Assembly (NCBI GenBank): GCA_036826295.1
Contig: DAISWO010000001.1
Location: 18,068-82,067, forward strand
DNA: 64,000 nucleotides
DNA from: Candidatus Saccharimonadota bacterium
Lineage (GTDB): Bacteria > Patescibacteriota > Saccharimonadia > Saccharimonadales > JAGQNJ01
Direction: 5' to 3'
In this document: positions 22,361-31,707 of the stretch, piece by piece
How the letters are laid out: every line of letters starts with the position of its first letter
Numbering within the stretch: the first letter of the stretch is position 1
Notes under the pieces: model-generated
Database searches by the model: none
Told to the model about the DNA's origin: nothing
The model's input: the letters and a program-made list of their open reading frames with translations, nothing else
Position numbers and translations under genes: made by a program

Positions 22361-23716
22361 ATAAATAAAAAGACGATTACTATTATAGGTGCTGGTTACG
22401 TAGGGCTATCGACCGCTTCTCTACTATCAAATTCTGGCTACACTGTTTACCTAATCGATGTGAATAAGGATCGATTAGACACAATCAAGAGCGGAAAATC
22501 ATTTTTCTACGAACAAGGTATAGATCCGTTAATTGAGCTCGCGGTTAAAGAGAACCGTTTAATTCCATCTGATAGTTACGAAGAATCGATTCCAAACAGC
22601 GATGTCGTATTCTCATGCGTTGGGACTCCAGATAATCCTGACGGGAGCTCTAACCTCAGTTTTGTTCATCAAGCAGCTAGAAAAGCCAGCGAATTAATGA
22701 AGCCTGGTAGTATTTTCGTACAAAAGAGCACCGTACCCGTTGGCACTGGCATAGAGATTGAAACATCATTATCCTTTGAGAATAAAAGCATCTCGTACGT
22801 TTCAAACCCCGAATTTCTGAGAGAAGGGACAGCGATCTCTGACTCTTTATGGTTCGATCGTGTTGTTGTCGGTGGTAATAATTTAGATGCAAATAATAAA
22901 GTGATCAAGCTATATAAAGATCTAGAAAAACACCGCGCAGAAATTGCAAAAATATCAGGCCTTGTCGAACCAAAAAGTCACACCGGATCATACATTTCTA
23001 CTTCGCGAGATAGTGCAGAACTAATAAAAGTAACTGCTAATGCTTTCTTAGCATTAAAGATTTCGTTCGCTAATTCTATAGCCAAACTTGCAGATCAAAC
23101 TGGCGCCGATGTAGTAGAGGTAATGGACGGTATTGGTTCTGACAAGCGTATTGGTAGAGCTTTCTTAAACGCTGGACGTGGTTATGGTGGAGGATGTTTC
23201 CCTAAAGACGTTAGTGGACTAATCGCCAGCGCTGAGAAGCATGGTATCGACATGCAAATTATGACTGCTTCCACAGAAGTTAATGAATCAATGGCTGGAT
23301 ATATAGTAAATAAAGCAAAATCTAGCTTAGGAGAATTGAAAGACAAAAAAATTGCTGTACTGGGATTATCGTTTAAGGCTGGGACTAGTGACTCTAGACG
23401 TTCGCCCGGCATTAAGCTAGCCAATATTTTATCAAAAGAAGGGGCTCACGTAATTGCTCACGACCCAAAAGCCAACGATGAAGCGAAAGTAGATTTGAAT
23501 ACAAAAATTACTGTATCAAACTCTTTAGAATCTACTCTTGATAATGTTGACGGCGTATTTATAGCGACCGATTGGCCAGAATTTTTAAATACTAGTCCCT
23601 CTCAATATAAAAAACTAATGAAAGGCCAGTTATTTGTTGATGCAGTCAATGGTTTTAATATTAAAGAGATCGAGTCCGCTGGGTTACAATATATAGGTGT
23701 AGGAAGAGGTAAATAA
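22361..23716 (+). CDS. UDP-sugar 6-dehydrogenase family (UDP-glucose/UDP-ManNAc dehydrogenase), apparently with a non-canonical start codon
   Basis: Catalytic region FSCVGTPDNPDGSS, NPEFLREGTAI, GGGCFPKD. The ORF track starts at GTG 22460, but the in-frame upstream sequence encodes the obligatory Rossmann N-terminus KKTITIIGAGYVGLSTA. An AAAGGAG RBS (22347-22353) sits 7 nt before ATA 22361, and there is no in-frame ATG/GTG/TTG after the TGA at 22325. Confidence 0.8.
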   Translation: MNKKTITIIGAGYVGLSTASLLSNSGYTVYLIDVNKDRLDTIKSGKSFFYEQGIDPLIELAVKENRLIPSDSYEESIPNSDVVFSCVGTPDNPDGSSNLSFVHQAARKASELMKPGSIFVQKSTVPVGTGIEIETSLSFENKSISYVSNPEFLREGTAISDSLWFDRVVVGGNNLDANNKVIKLYKDLEKHRAEIAKISGLVEPKSHTGSYISTSRDSAELIKVTANAFLALKISFANSIAKLADQTGADVVEVMDGIGSDKRIGRAFLNAGRGYGGGCFPKDVSGLIASAEKHGIDMQIMTASTEVNESMAGYIVNKAKSSLGELKDKKIAVLGLSFKAGTSDSRRSPGIKLANILSKEGAHVIAHDPKANDEAKVDLNTKITVSNSLESTLDNVDGVFIATDWPEFLNTSPSQYKKLMKGQLFVDAVNGFNIKEIESAGLQYIGVGRGK

Positions 23717-23717
23717 C

Positions 23718-24668
23718 TTGAAACTAATAATACAAATCCCATGTTTGAACGAAGAGGCTACTTTGCCTGCGGTTCTGAAAACAATCCCAAAAAAGATCGA
23801 CGGTATTGACGAAATCACTACTTTAATTATTGATGATGGTTCAACTGATAAAACAATAGAAGTAGCAAAAAAACATGGCGTTAAGCACTTTGTAATCCAC
23901 TCCAAGAATATGGGGCTTGCCCGTTCATTTCATGACGGCATTCATTATGCGCTCAGTATAGGCGCAGATATTGTTGTTAATACAGATGGCGACAACCAAT
24001 ACCCACAAGAACAAATCAGTGACCTCGTTCAGCCAATACTAAGAGGCGAAGCAGAGATAGTCATTGGCGACAGGCAGACTTCAACCATTGAACACTTTTC
24101 CCCTATAAAAAAACTATTTCAACGGGTTGGTAGTAGCGTAGTTAACAAAGCGGCCGGGACAAGTTTACCAGACGCGGCCAGTGGCTTCCGCGCTTATTCA
24201 AAACAATCTTTGCTCCGACTAAATATCGTCACTCAGTTTAGCTACTGTATGGAAACAATTATCCAAGCTGGCAATAAACGTATTCCTATTACCAGTGTAA
24301 AGATCAAGACTAATCCTAAGACTCGCGAGTCCAGACTCTTTAAAAATATATGGCAACATATGTACAAATCCGGTTCTGCAATTTCAAGAAGCTATATCAT
24401 GTATAGGCCCCACCTGATTTTCATAACTCTTGGGGGCTTATTATTAATCGCCGGACTGATTCCATTTGTTAGATACGGGTACATATATATTACCGGTAAT
24501 CACGGTGGTGACCATATTCAATCACTTCTTCTTGGCGCAGTACTTATTTTTGCATCTATGATTGCGTTTGCTCTTACAGTAATCGCAGATTTAACACACA
24601 CTAATCGCACACTACTTGAAGACAGCCTAGAACGCATAAAAGAACTCCAATACAACGACAACGACTGA
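23718..24668 (+). CDS. GT2 polyprenyl-phosphate glycosyltransferase (GtrB/ArnC/DPM1-like)
   Basis: TTG start. GT-A N-terminus (IQIPCLNEEATL...LIIDDGSTDKT) with DxD, followed by two C-terminal TM helices as in GtrB-type enzymes. Confidence 0.8.
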   Translation: MKLIIQIPCLNEEATLPAVLKTIPKKIDGIDEITTLIIDDGSTDKTIEVAKKHGVKHFVIHSKNMGLARSFHDGIHYALSIGADIVVNTDGDNQYPQEQISDLVQPILRGEAEIVIGDRQTSTIEHFSPIKKLFQRVGSSVVNKAAGTSLPDAASGFRAYSKQSLLRLNIVTQFSYCMETIIQAGNKRIPITSVKIKTNPKTRESRLFKNIWQHMYKSGSAISRSYIMYRPHLIFITLGGLLLIAGLIPFVRYGYIYITGNHGGDHIQSLLLGAVLIFASMIAFALTVIADLTHTNRTLLEDSLERIKELQYNDND

Positions 24669-24673
24669 TTTAG

Positions 24674-24985
24674 TTACATATCATTGCTTGTCACGGGTCG
24701 AGTCAGAGCTTCATCCTCAAACACACATAAATTCTCGGAATCAACTTTTGCATAATAGGTTTTGAGATCTTTTTTTGGTACCTCGACTATTACTATATTT
24801 CTCGATACTTTAGTAGAGCTGAAACCTTCTTCGTCAAAATAACATGAGTTGTTTGTATCTTTATATAAAATGATCGTCTGGTTATTATCTGCACTTTTCC
24901 AAATAAAATAACCACCTATTATCAACACGACGCTAGCGATTATCAGAGCTATTATTTTATTGTTATTGTTTTTTACGTTTTTCAT
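24674..24985 (-). CDS. small membrane-anchored hypothetical protein
   Basis: 103 aa with a single N-terminal TM (IIALIIASVVLIIGGYFIW). Tightly packed between flanking genes; no motif recognised. Confidence 0.35.
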   Translation of the reverse strand: MKNVKNNNNKIIALIIASVVLIIGGYFIWKSADNNQTIILYKDTNNSCYFDEEGFSSTKVSRNIVIVEVPKKDLKTYYAKVDSENLCVFEDEALTRPVTSNDM

Positions 24986-24993
24986 ACGAAGTA

Positions 24994-26205
24994 TTATACT
25001 ATTGCGTTAGTGTTTTTTAGTGATTCGTTTTTTACAGATTCAATATTATTTTTAATTGAAGACTTGATCTTTTCATTATCCTTCTTAGTCATCTCATATA
25101 TCTTTCCGAGACTCTTTTCGTTAAGATTCTTCAGATCAATTGCGTATTTCTCTAGGCCAAATTGAGACAAAATCTCTTTATATTTATGACTCCAGCCAAT
25201 TACCCCAACCGGAACACCCACAGACAAGCTAGCAATCATGGCATGGAATCTAGACACCAGACAAGCCGATACGGTCGAGATGATATAGCGTTGAGCTTGG
25301 GCCGAAATCTCTTGGTTGAAAAATACTGTTTTATTTTTATCGTCGACTAGCTCAAAAATCTTTTTACATAACGGCAAGTCATTGTTATGAGGTTTTTCGG
25401 ACCCCTCTCTGGCTGCATGAGCCATAATGATAAATTTTTGATTTTCTAAATTTTTAGCATTAAGAAAATCAGCGATAACGCCCGCATAATCTACTCCCAA
25501 CTTATCACATTTTTTTTCAACCACTCGGCTGGGGCAAATTACTAAATAATTTTTATTCAACGAAGGTGAAAGTTTTGCTTTAGTTAATATTTTTTGGGCT
25601 ACTTTTTTCTCTTGTTCAGAAATTTTTAGCAAGAATGCGTAGTCTGATGCTGGTGTAACATTCGTTAGATTTAGTACTTGTAAATATTTTTTGGTTTGAG
25701 ATCCCCTGGCCATAATGTGGGTAATTCTAGGAAGAAGTAATTTTGAAAAAAATCTATTAATCGGGTTATTAAAGGGTCCCATCGCTTGGGCACATTTAAC
25801 AATCTTTTTATTCATCAGTATGGGTGGCAGGATACTGGCAACATTAAATATCAAAAACTTTTCTCTGCCATCAACAAAGCTTATTCCCGGTTCGTCTAAG
25901 TAAACATCACAGTCATAGAGCGCTTTAATATGATTGTTCTTTCTAATTACCGGCCTAAGTGGGATTAATATCTTATGTAGTAGAGCTAGTGGATTTACCA
26001 CCAATGCTAGATAAACCGGCTTTGTTGATAAAACACTAAGGTTCTTATATGTATTCTGCTTTCGATCTTTTTCAGGGTACAAACTAAACAGGGTAAACTC
26101 TGCTTTCTGATCCTTTGCAGTAATTGATTGAACGGACGCTTCCAGCATCGCAGCAGCACCCTTGTTACCATAAAATGCAGCCGAACCACCTATTACATAC
26201 TTCAC
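24994..26205 (-). CDS. polysaccharide pyruvyl transferase family protein
   Basis: N-terminus IGGSAAFYGNKGAAAML resembles the pyruvyl-transferase start (G-x-x-G-N-x-G-D/A-x-A). GT-B-like length of about 400 aa. Confidence 0.65.
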   Translation of the reverse strand: MKYVIGGSAAFYGNKGAAAMLEASVQSITAKDQKAEFTLFSLYPEKDRKQNTYKNLSVLSTKPVYLALVVNPLALLHKILIPLRPVIRKNNHIKALYDCDVYLDEPGISFVDGREKFLIFNVASILPPILMNKKIVKCAQAMGPFNNPINRFFSKLLLPRITHIMARGSQTKKYLQVLNLTNVTPASDYAFLLKISEQEKKVAQKILTKAKLSPSLNKNYLVICPSRVVEKKCDKLGVDYAGVIADFLNAKNLENQKFIIMAHAAREGSEKPHNNDLPLCKKIFELVDDKNKTVFFNQEISAQAQRYIISTVSACLVSRFHAMIASLSVGVPVGVIGWSHKYKEILSQFGLEKYAIDLKNLNEKSLGKIYEMTKKDNEKIKSSIKNNIESVKNESLKNTNAIV

Positions 26206-27122
26206 TTGCTCGCTCCTTTAGTTCTTAAAATTAAATAGAGAATCGCCAGGATCCCATCCGCAACTGTGGCATATAGTCTGGCTAGCAACGCCAATGCGAT
26301 GGCCTCCTCTGTAGAGAAGTAATTGCTTGCAAAAGCTACAATTACAGCCTCTCTAACCCCTAGCCCGCTCGGAACAAAAATGGCCATTATTCCAATAATT
26401 CCAGCCAACGTATATATCGAGCCTAATCCAATATACATATCAGGCGTGACTGGCAGAATCGATGCAGCTATAAACACAAACGCCACTGCCGTGATTATCC
26501 TAGGGATTAAAAACTTAACCACAAAAACTACTAGAGTCTTCGAGTCAAAGAAATATTCTTGACCAATTGTTTGATTACGGACTTTTTTGAGTACCGTGTT
26601 GAATATCCTATAAAAAGCTTTTTTACTTAGTAGTGGGAGGGCTAAAAGTCCCAACAAAAGTGGTGAAAACATCGACACGTTACTCGACACATCGCTAAAG
26701 AACAACCCCAGAACGGGCAGTGACAATATCAAAGAAGCCAATAACAAGAATATGTTCTCGTACATAAACGAAATCGACAGAACCTTTTTGCTGTGGCCAT
26801 TCTTAGTTCCCCAAGCGACTTTATTAACATAAGAACCAGCTTGGCCAGGGATATATTTTAATAACCATGACGAAGTATGCACCGCCAATGCTTCTTTTTT
26901 ACTAATAACTATGTTCAATCTCTTAAGTATCGCTCCCCACAATAATCCCGAATACAACACCGCCACAACTAACATGACTAGCCCAAAAAACGAATATATA
27001 TTGACCGAAAAATCTATGGTTTGTAAATTTGTCCAGTTGCGAACTAGCGCTCTACCAAAAAAGAATGTTGCTAGCAAAATCACTAACCAAGCTAAGACAG
27101 TTCTTATTCCAGTTTTTTTCAT
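26202..27122 (-). CDS. UPF0104 / lysylphosphatidylglycerol-synthase-TM-like (flippase-like) membrane protein
   Basis: About 300 aa with eight TM helices, no soluble domain and an arginine-rich N-terminus. A typical partner of GT2 enzymes in glycan loci; the family call is from memory. Confidence 0.5.
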   Translation of the reverse strand: MKKTGIRTVLAWLVILLATFFFGRALVRNWTNLQTIDFSVNIYSFFGLVMLVVAVLYSGLLWGAILKRLNIVISKKEALAVHTSSWLLKYIPGQAGSYVNKVAWGTKNGHSKKVLSISFMYENIFLLLASLILSLPVLGLFFSDVSSNVSMFSPLLLGLLALPLLSKKAFYRIFNTVLKKVRNQTIGQEYFFDSKTLVVFVVKFLIPRIITAVAFVFIAASILPVTPDMYIGLGSIYTLAGIIGIMAIFVPSGLGVREAVIVAFASNYFSTEEAIALALLARLYATVADGILAILYLILRTKGASK

Positions 27123-28207
27123 TTACTTATCTTATTGTAACTTCTTATCACGTCCAAAGATTTTTTCTGCGAGTATGGCACTTCCGCTTTCGGATCTGCA
27201 TAGCCAATCGCGATTAACATTATTGGCCGTTCATCAAATCTCAAGCCCAATAATTTTTGCATTTTAGCTTCCAGTGGTTCAAAATCTGGCCAGTTAATCA
27301 TGCAGGTAGAAATCCCCTTTGTTTCTAGTGCAAAAGCAAAGCTCATAGCTGAGAGCGAAGAGTCGACGTAGATAGCGTGTCGATCACGCGTACTAAAGTA
27401 TGAATCTAGCTTACCTACTAAAACCGCAATCGCCGGGACGTTATCGGCATAACCGGTCGTTCCAAATGGTGTATTCGCCACAATTTTTACCAGCTTTGGG
27501 TCATCGAATAATCTATACTCATATGGCAAGCGATTGCAGGCTGTTGGAGATTGTCGTGCAACCAACATCGCTTCATCAATATCATTTCGGCTAACTTTCT
27601 TCTTTAGAAACCAGCGAGCTGACCGTCTATACATACTTAGGGATAATAGCTGGTCGTAGCTTGGAAGGTCTTTTGGCTTCACTCTTACAAAAGGCGCGAT
27701 ATCTTGCGAGTCTGGTTTGTAGTCTTGTTTTTCAAACAGAGTTTGAGCTTTTACGATCTGTGGTGTTGGCTTCTTGATTGCCTCAAAATAGCGTTTTAGT
27801 ACATTGTTTGCCCAGTGCAGTTCAGACTCGTCATATGTAGACGGGTCTGCTTTGTGTTGATTAACTGATACTGCATAGACTTCGACTGTCTCTAGAATAT
27901 AGCCCTGGGAAAAAGTAGGTCTACGAGGTCGCATAATTAAAGCTTTTTCTAGACGGTGAATGTTCCGGCGCAACGCTATCCGAGATTTAGAATTTGCTTG
28001 CTTTAGATTAATATAGTAGTTTCTCTTGCCTTTTAATACCGCCCTCTGCTCACGCATAAACGGAAAAAAGAGTAACCAGTGAAACGGAATGCTAAGCAGG
28101 TACGTAAAGCTGAATATTCTTGCAACCGTCAAGTTAACCGTTCGCATCAATTTACGAACTATCTTTACGCCAAGAATTGTTTGTAGTAATTTCTTAATTT
28201 TCTTCAT
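27119..28207 (-). CDS. nitroreductase-family flavoprotein with N-terminal membrane/linker region
   Basis: C-terminal nitroreductase fold (RQSPTACNRLPYEYRLF...PAIAVLVGK...AIYVDSSLSAMSFAFALETKGISTCMIN). N-terminal hydrophobic segment. 4-nt overlap with both neighbours. Confidence 0.65.
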   Translation of the reverse strand: MKKIKKLLQTILGVKIVRKLMRTVNLTVARIFSFTYLLSIPFHWLLFFPFMREQRAVLKGKRNYYINLKQANSKSRIALRRNIHRLEKALIMRPRRPTFSQGYILETVEVYAVSVNQHKADPSTYDESELHWANNVLKRYFEAIKKPTPQIVKAQTLFEKQDYKPDSQDIAPFVRVKPKDLPSYDQLLSLSMYRRSARWFLKKKVSRNDIDEAMLVARQSPTACNRLPYEYRLFDDPKLVKIVANTPFGTTGYADNVPAIAVLVGKLDSYFSTRDRHAIYVDSSLSAMSFAFALETKGISTCMINWPDFEPLEAKMQKLLGLRFDERPIMLIAIGYADPKAEVPYSQKKSLDVIRSYNKISK

Positions 28208-28296
28208 GGTGTTCCAAATCCCACACTAGGGGCGATCTATATAATCTTATCAAACTTACTAATTATTTACATTCATTATGTCTATAATGGAACTGG

Positions 28297-30279
28297 ATGA
28301 ATATCGAGCAATCATTCAGGCGACTACGGAAATCAGTCTGGTTCTTTCCTTTTTTACTGTTTCTGTTATTTACGATTTTTGTATCGTTTAAAATTAGTGG
28401 TAGTTCAATCGGAATCTACGAGAGAATACTTCCAAGTCAGGGCGAAAGATCTTCAGTATTATACGGACGGCCGCAATCAATTCGCTCAGATGAATGGCTG
28501 GTATGGACTCAGCTAACTATTTCCCAGTCCGAGAATGGTTTTCCGCGATTTAACGAAGACCTAGGCACTGGCCGTGACTTAGCTCTTCACTTTGAAATAC
28601 CATCAAAAGATTGGTCTGCAGTATTTAAGCCTCATAATTGGGCATTCTTTATTCTGCCCTTAGAATATGCGTTCGCGTTCAAGTGGTGGTTCTTGGCATA
28701 CATTCTAATAATTGGTGCGTATTTATTCGCTACGAAACTTCTGGGTGGCAAATTCTTACTGTCCGCAATTATTAGTGTGGCTTTTGCATTAAGCCCGTTC
28801 ATACTCTGGTGGTACCAAACCCCTGTTTTAGGGCTGATTGGAATAGGATTCTTAATCATTCTGGCTTTCATACATATTATTAATGGCGCTCAACTCAAAC
28901 AAATTAACAATGTTGCTTTATCTAAATCAGTATCAATACTTTGGTTAGCATTTCTATTAATTTGGTTTAGCTTTATATTGTACCCACCGTTTCAAATATC
29001 GATCGCAATTGTTGTTACTTTTTACTGTTTTGGATATCTTATTCAGTATTTCACAAAAACGAAGACTACTTCGAAAACTATACTAGTAAAGTTAGCCCCA
29101 GTTTTTATTGCTTTACTTCTAACCATTTTAGCTGGGGTTATATTTATATATAGTCACCAAGATGCAATAAGTAAGATGAATGGTTCAGTTTACCCTGGAG
29201 ATAGAAATGTTGTTAGCGGTGGTCAAACACCTCTCACGACGTTGGGGGGGTTCTTGATGCCTCTTGTTCAAAGTGATTTCCGTAGCGCCAACTATTATTC
29301 TAACCAGAGCGAGGTCTCCAACTTTATAATTAGCGCGCCAATACTTTTGATACCATTAATTTGGATTTCTTTTATGGAGTATAAAAAGCGTCGAAAGATT
29401 GATTGGCGACTAATAACGATGATTATATGTACAACCCTAATTTTAGCTAGGATGTACATCCCTTTCGGGGATAGACTGTATAGACTACTGCTTTTAGATA
29501 AGGTTCCTCATGGGAGATTACTTATAGCTCTTGGTTTCTTGGGATTTTTGATGATAGTTCATTTCGTCGAAAAATCATACGAGCTTAGATTAGCCAAAAA
29601 ACAACATACTAAGTTTGCTCTCCTATATACTTCGACGGTTTTTCTCATGTTGTTATACGTAGGTTTTGAGGTAAAGAAATCTTACCCCTTATTCCTGCAA
29701 CATAACTATGAACTACTCATACTCGTAATGATAATGTCGGTATTTATTTTTTGCCTATCAATCGGCAAGCACCTTGTTGCCGCTTTAGCAGTACTAGCTA
29801 TCTCGTTATTTAGTAGCTTCCGAGCAATGCCGCTACAATCTGGATTAGGGCCATTGTACAAATCCAAAATTGTAGATCAAATTAATTCAAAATCCAACGA
29901 CCGAGATTCTTGGTTAGTCATTGGAAGCATTTACTACGAACATATACCGCTGCTCGCAAACAATGATTTACTTGGTGGAGTTCAACTTTATCCCGACAAA
30001 GATTACTGGATCAATCTGTTCGGTACGAACAACGAGTATAACTTCAACAGAAAAGCACACATTAATTTTATTTCTTCAAAAGATGCTGGCGAGATATCAC
30101 TTCCTCAGGGAAACCTAATTGTCATTAATATAAAAGATTGCTCTTCAAAGGTTTTAGAATCCGCCGATTATGTATTATCTGATCACAAATTAGTTCTGCC
30201 CTGCCTGACAGAAATTGAGATACCAGAAGACACTAAAACAACTCTTTACATGTACAAAAACACTAATTCAGTCAATTAA
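28297..30279 (+). CDS. large polytopic membrane protein, possible GT-C-like glycosyltransferase
   Basis: 660 aa with more than 12 TM helices. First loop has SDEW after TM1. C-terminal soluble domain. No firm family assignment. Confidence 0.45.
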   Translation: MNIEQSFRRLRKSVWFFPFLLFLLFTIFVSFKISGSSIGIYERILPSQGERSSVLYGRPQSIRSDEWLVWTQLTISQSENGFPRFNEDLGTGRDLALHFEIPSKDWSAVFKPHNWAFFILPLEYAFAFKWWFLAYILIIGAYLFATKLLGGKFLLSAIISVAFALSPFILWWYQTPVLGLIGIGFLIILAFIHIINGAQLKQINNVALSKSVSILWLAFLLIWFSFILYPPFQISIAIVVTFYCFGYLIQYFTKTKTTSKTILVKLAPVFIALLLTILAGVIFIYSHQDAISKMNGSVYPGDRNVVSGGQTPLTTLGGFLMPLVQSDFRSANYYSNQSEVSNFIISAPILLIPLIWISFMEYKKRRKIDWRLITMIICTTLILARMYIPFGDRLYRLLLLDKVPHGRLLIALGFLGFLMIVHFVEKSYELRLAKKQHTKFALLYTSTVFLMLLYVGFEVKKSYPLFLQHNYELLILVMIMSVFIFCLSIGKHLVAALAVLAISLFSSFRAMPLQSGLGPLYKSKIVDQINSKSNDRDSWLVIGSIYYEHIPLLANNDLLGGVQLYPDKDYWINLFGTNNEYNFNRKAHINFISSKDAGEISLPQGNLIVINIKDCSSKVLESADYVLSDHKLVLPCLTEIEIPEDTKTTLYMYKNTNSVN

Positions 30280-31707
30280 TCTATTATAAGAAGGACTATA
30301 CCAGTCACTATTGGAGCCTCGTATAAATGTCATAGCTGGTAGGTGTGCCAATATAAGCATAATTGCTATAGTAGTCCATACTATAAAAAATACATTTCTT
30401 TTATTTTCGGGTAATCTTTGGTCGGCTCTCAGAATAATCACCGCTACGATATAAAAAATAAACACCGCAACCGGTATTAGGTATCTGCCTTGATAAGCGA
30501 AACGTTTTCCGTAGTTTAGTAATGTCAGCAAATTAAAAATATAGAGCACTGCAATATACGCAAATACAAGGGTATACAGATAGTATTGATGAAACGCTTT
30601 GAATAACCTTTTTCTCGGTAGTAGGAGCGTACTTACAAAAGCAACCATACTAATCGCAGCCACAAACTCGCTAGCTGTTGTACTCATAATTTTTTTATGT
30701 CCTAGATAGAAGAATAAGTTGTTGTACATGCTGTAGAACCACATACCAGTATGAGTAAACGGATTTTCTTTATTTATAAAACTAATCTTGTTGACGCCAT
30801 TGAAAATATCTTTCTGATCGTAATTTCGAGCATATAAAGCGTTGGTAACACACTCTTCTCTAGAGAATAATTTCACACAACCTGGCTGTACGTTTCCGTA
30901 CTTTATGATATTTAAGCCAAACCGTTCTAGCGCCATAACTGTTCCTAGAGTAGCGAAAAGTATTATTAGAATCGTGCCAATGGAAAATTTAAGATGTTTT
31001 TTTATGTCTGCCTTTAGCAGCGTTTTTCTATATTTTGAAATCAAAAAGTACCCTGCGATCAAAAGCCCCAATCCAACCGTTGGCAGAAAAGTATACTTCG
31101 TCAAACATGTAAATACACCGAAAATATATGACATTAGAAAATCTTGGATACGCCTTTTTTTTACATACCGAATCGAATATAGCAAGAATACCGCGAATAG
31201 TAGATTTGCTAAGTTATCGTAGTTAATCGATGAGGCAAGCCACACAAACATGCCTACAAAAGTAAGCGACATAATCGATAGATTTTTCAAAGCCTCATTG
31301 TCGCTAACCTCGTCCAGACATTTCTTAAGAAAAGCGATAGTTAGTATCGCGAGCACAACACTTTGCATTCGCAACATTAAAACTTGTGTTTCAACATTAC
31401 CAGAAATATTTTTGATTGCCCTCAAACTGAAACTAGACAGGTAATGATAAAGGTAGCTAGCACTTCGGTTCAAAGTTCTGACTTCAGCTATTGAATCTGG
31501 TGATTGCTGACTAATTATGGGTCCAGCAAAAGCTCCTTGGTTAGAATAGTAGTCGATAGCAGAATAATGATAGGCTTCATCAGGGGGTATGCCGAATTTA
31601 ATCGAAAATGAAAAGAATAACGCCTGTACCGCAAACAACGCTACCACTATCCACAGGAAATATTTACTACTAACTAATTTGATTATTTTATTTCGTAAGC
31701 TTTTCAA
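30268..31707 (-). CDS. polytopic membrane protein, putative GT-C-fold glycosyltransferase (DUF2142-like), paralog of 20782-22284
   Basis: Motifs PPDEAYHY and SYLYHYLSSF match the DEYAHY and SYLYSYLLSFP of ORF 20782-22284. More than 10 TM helices. Confidence 0.55.
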   Translation of the reverse strand: MKSLRNKIIKLVSSKYFLWIVVALFAVQALFFSFSIKFGIPPDEAYHYSAIDYYSNQGAFAGPIISQQSPDSIAEVRTLNRSASYLYHYLSSFSLRAIKNISGNVETQVLMLRMQSVVLAILTIAFLKKCLDEVSDNEALKNLSIMSLTFVGMFVWLASSINYDNLANLLFAVFLLYSIRYVKKRRIQDFLMSYIFGVFTCLTKYTFLPTVGLGLLIAGYFLISKYRKTLLKADIKKHLKFSIGTILIILFATLGTVMALERFGLNIIKYGNVQPGCVKLFSREECVTNALYARNYDQKDIFNGVNKISFINKENPFTHTGMWFYSMYNNLFFYLGHKKIMSTTASEFVAAISMVAFVSTLLLPRKRLFKAFHQYYLYTLVFAYIAVLYIFNLLTLLNYGKRFAYQGRYLIPVAVFIFYIVAVIILRADQRLPENKRNVFFIVWTTIAIMLILAHLPAMTFIRGSNSDWYSPSYNRLID

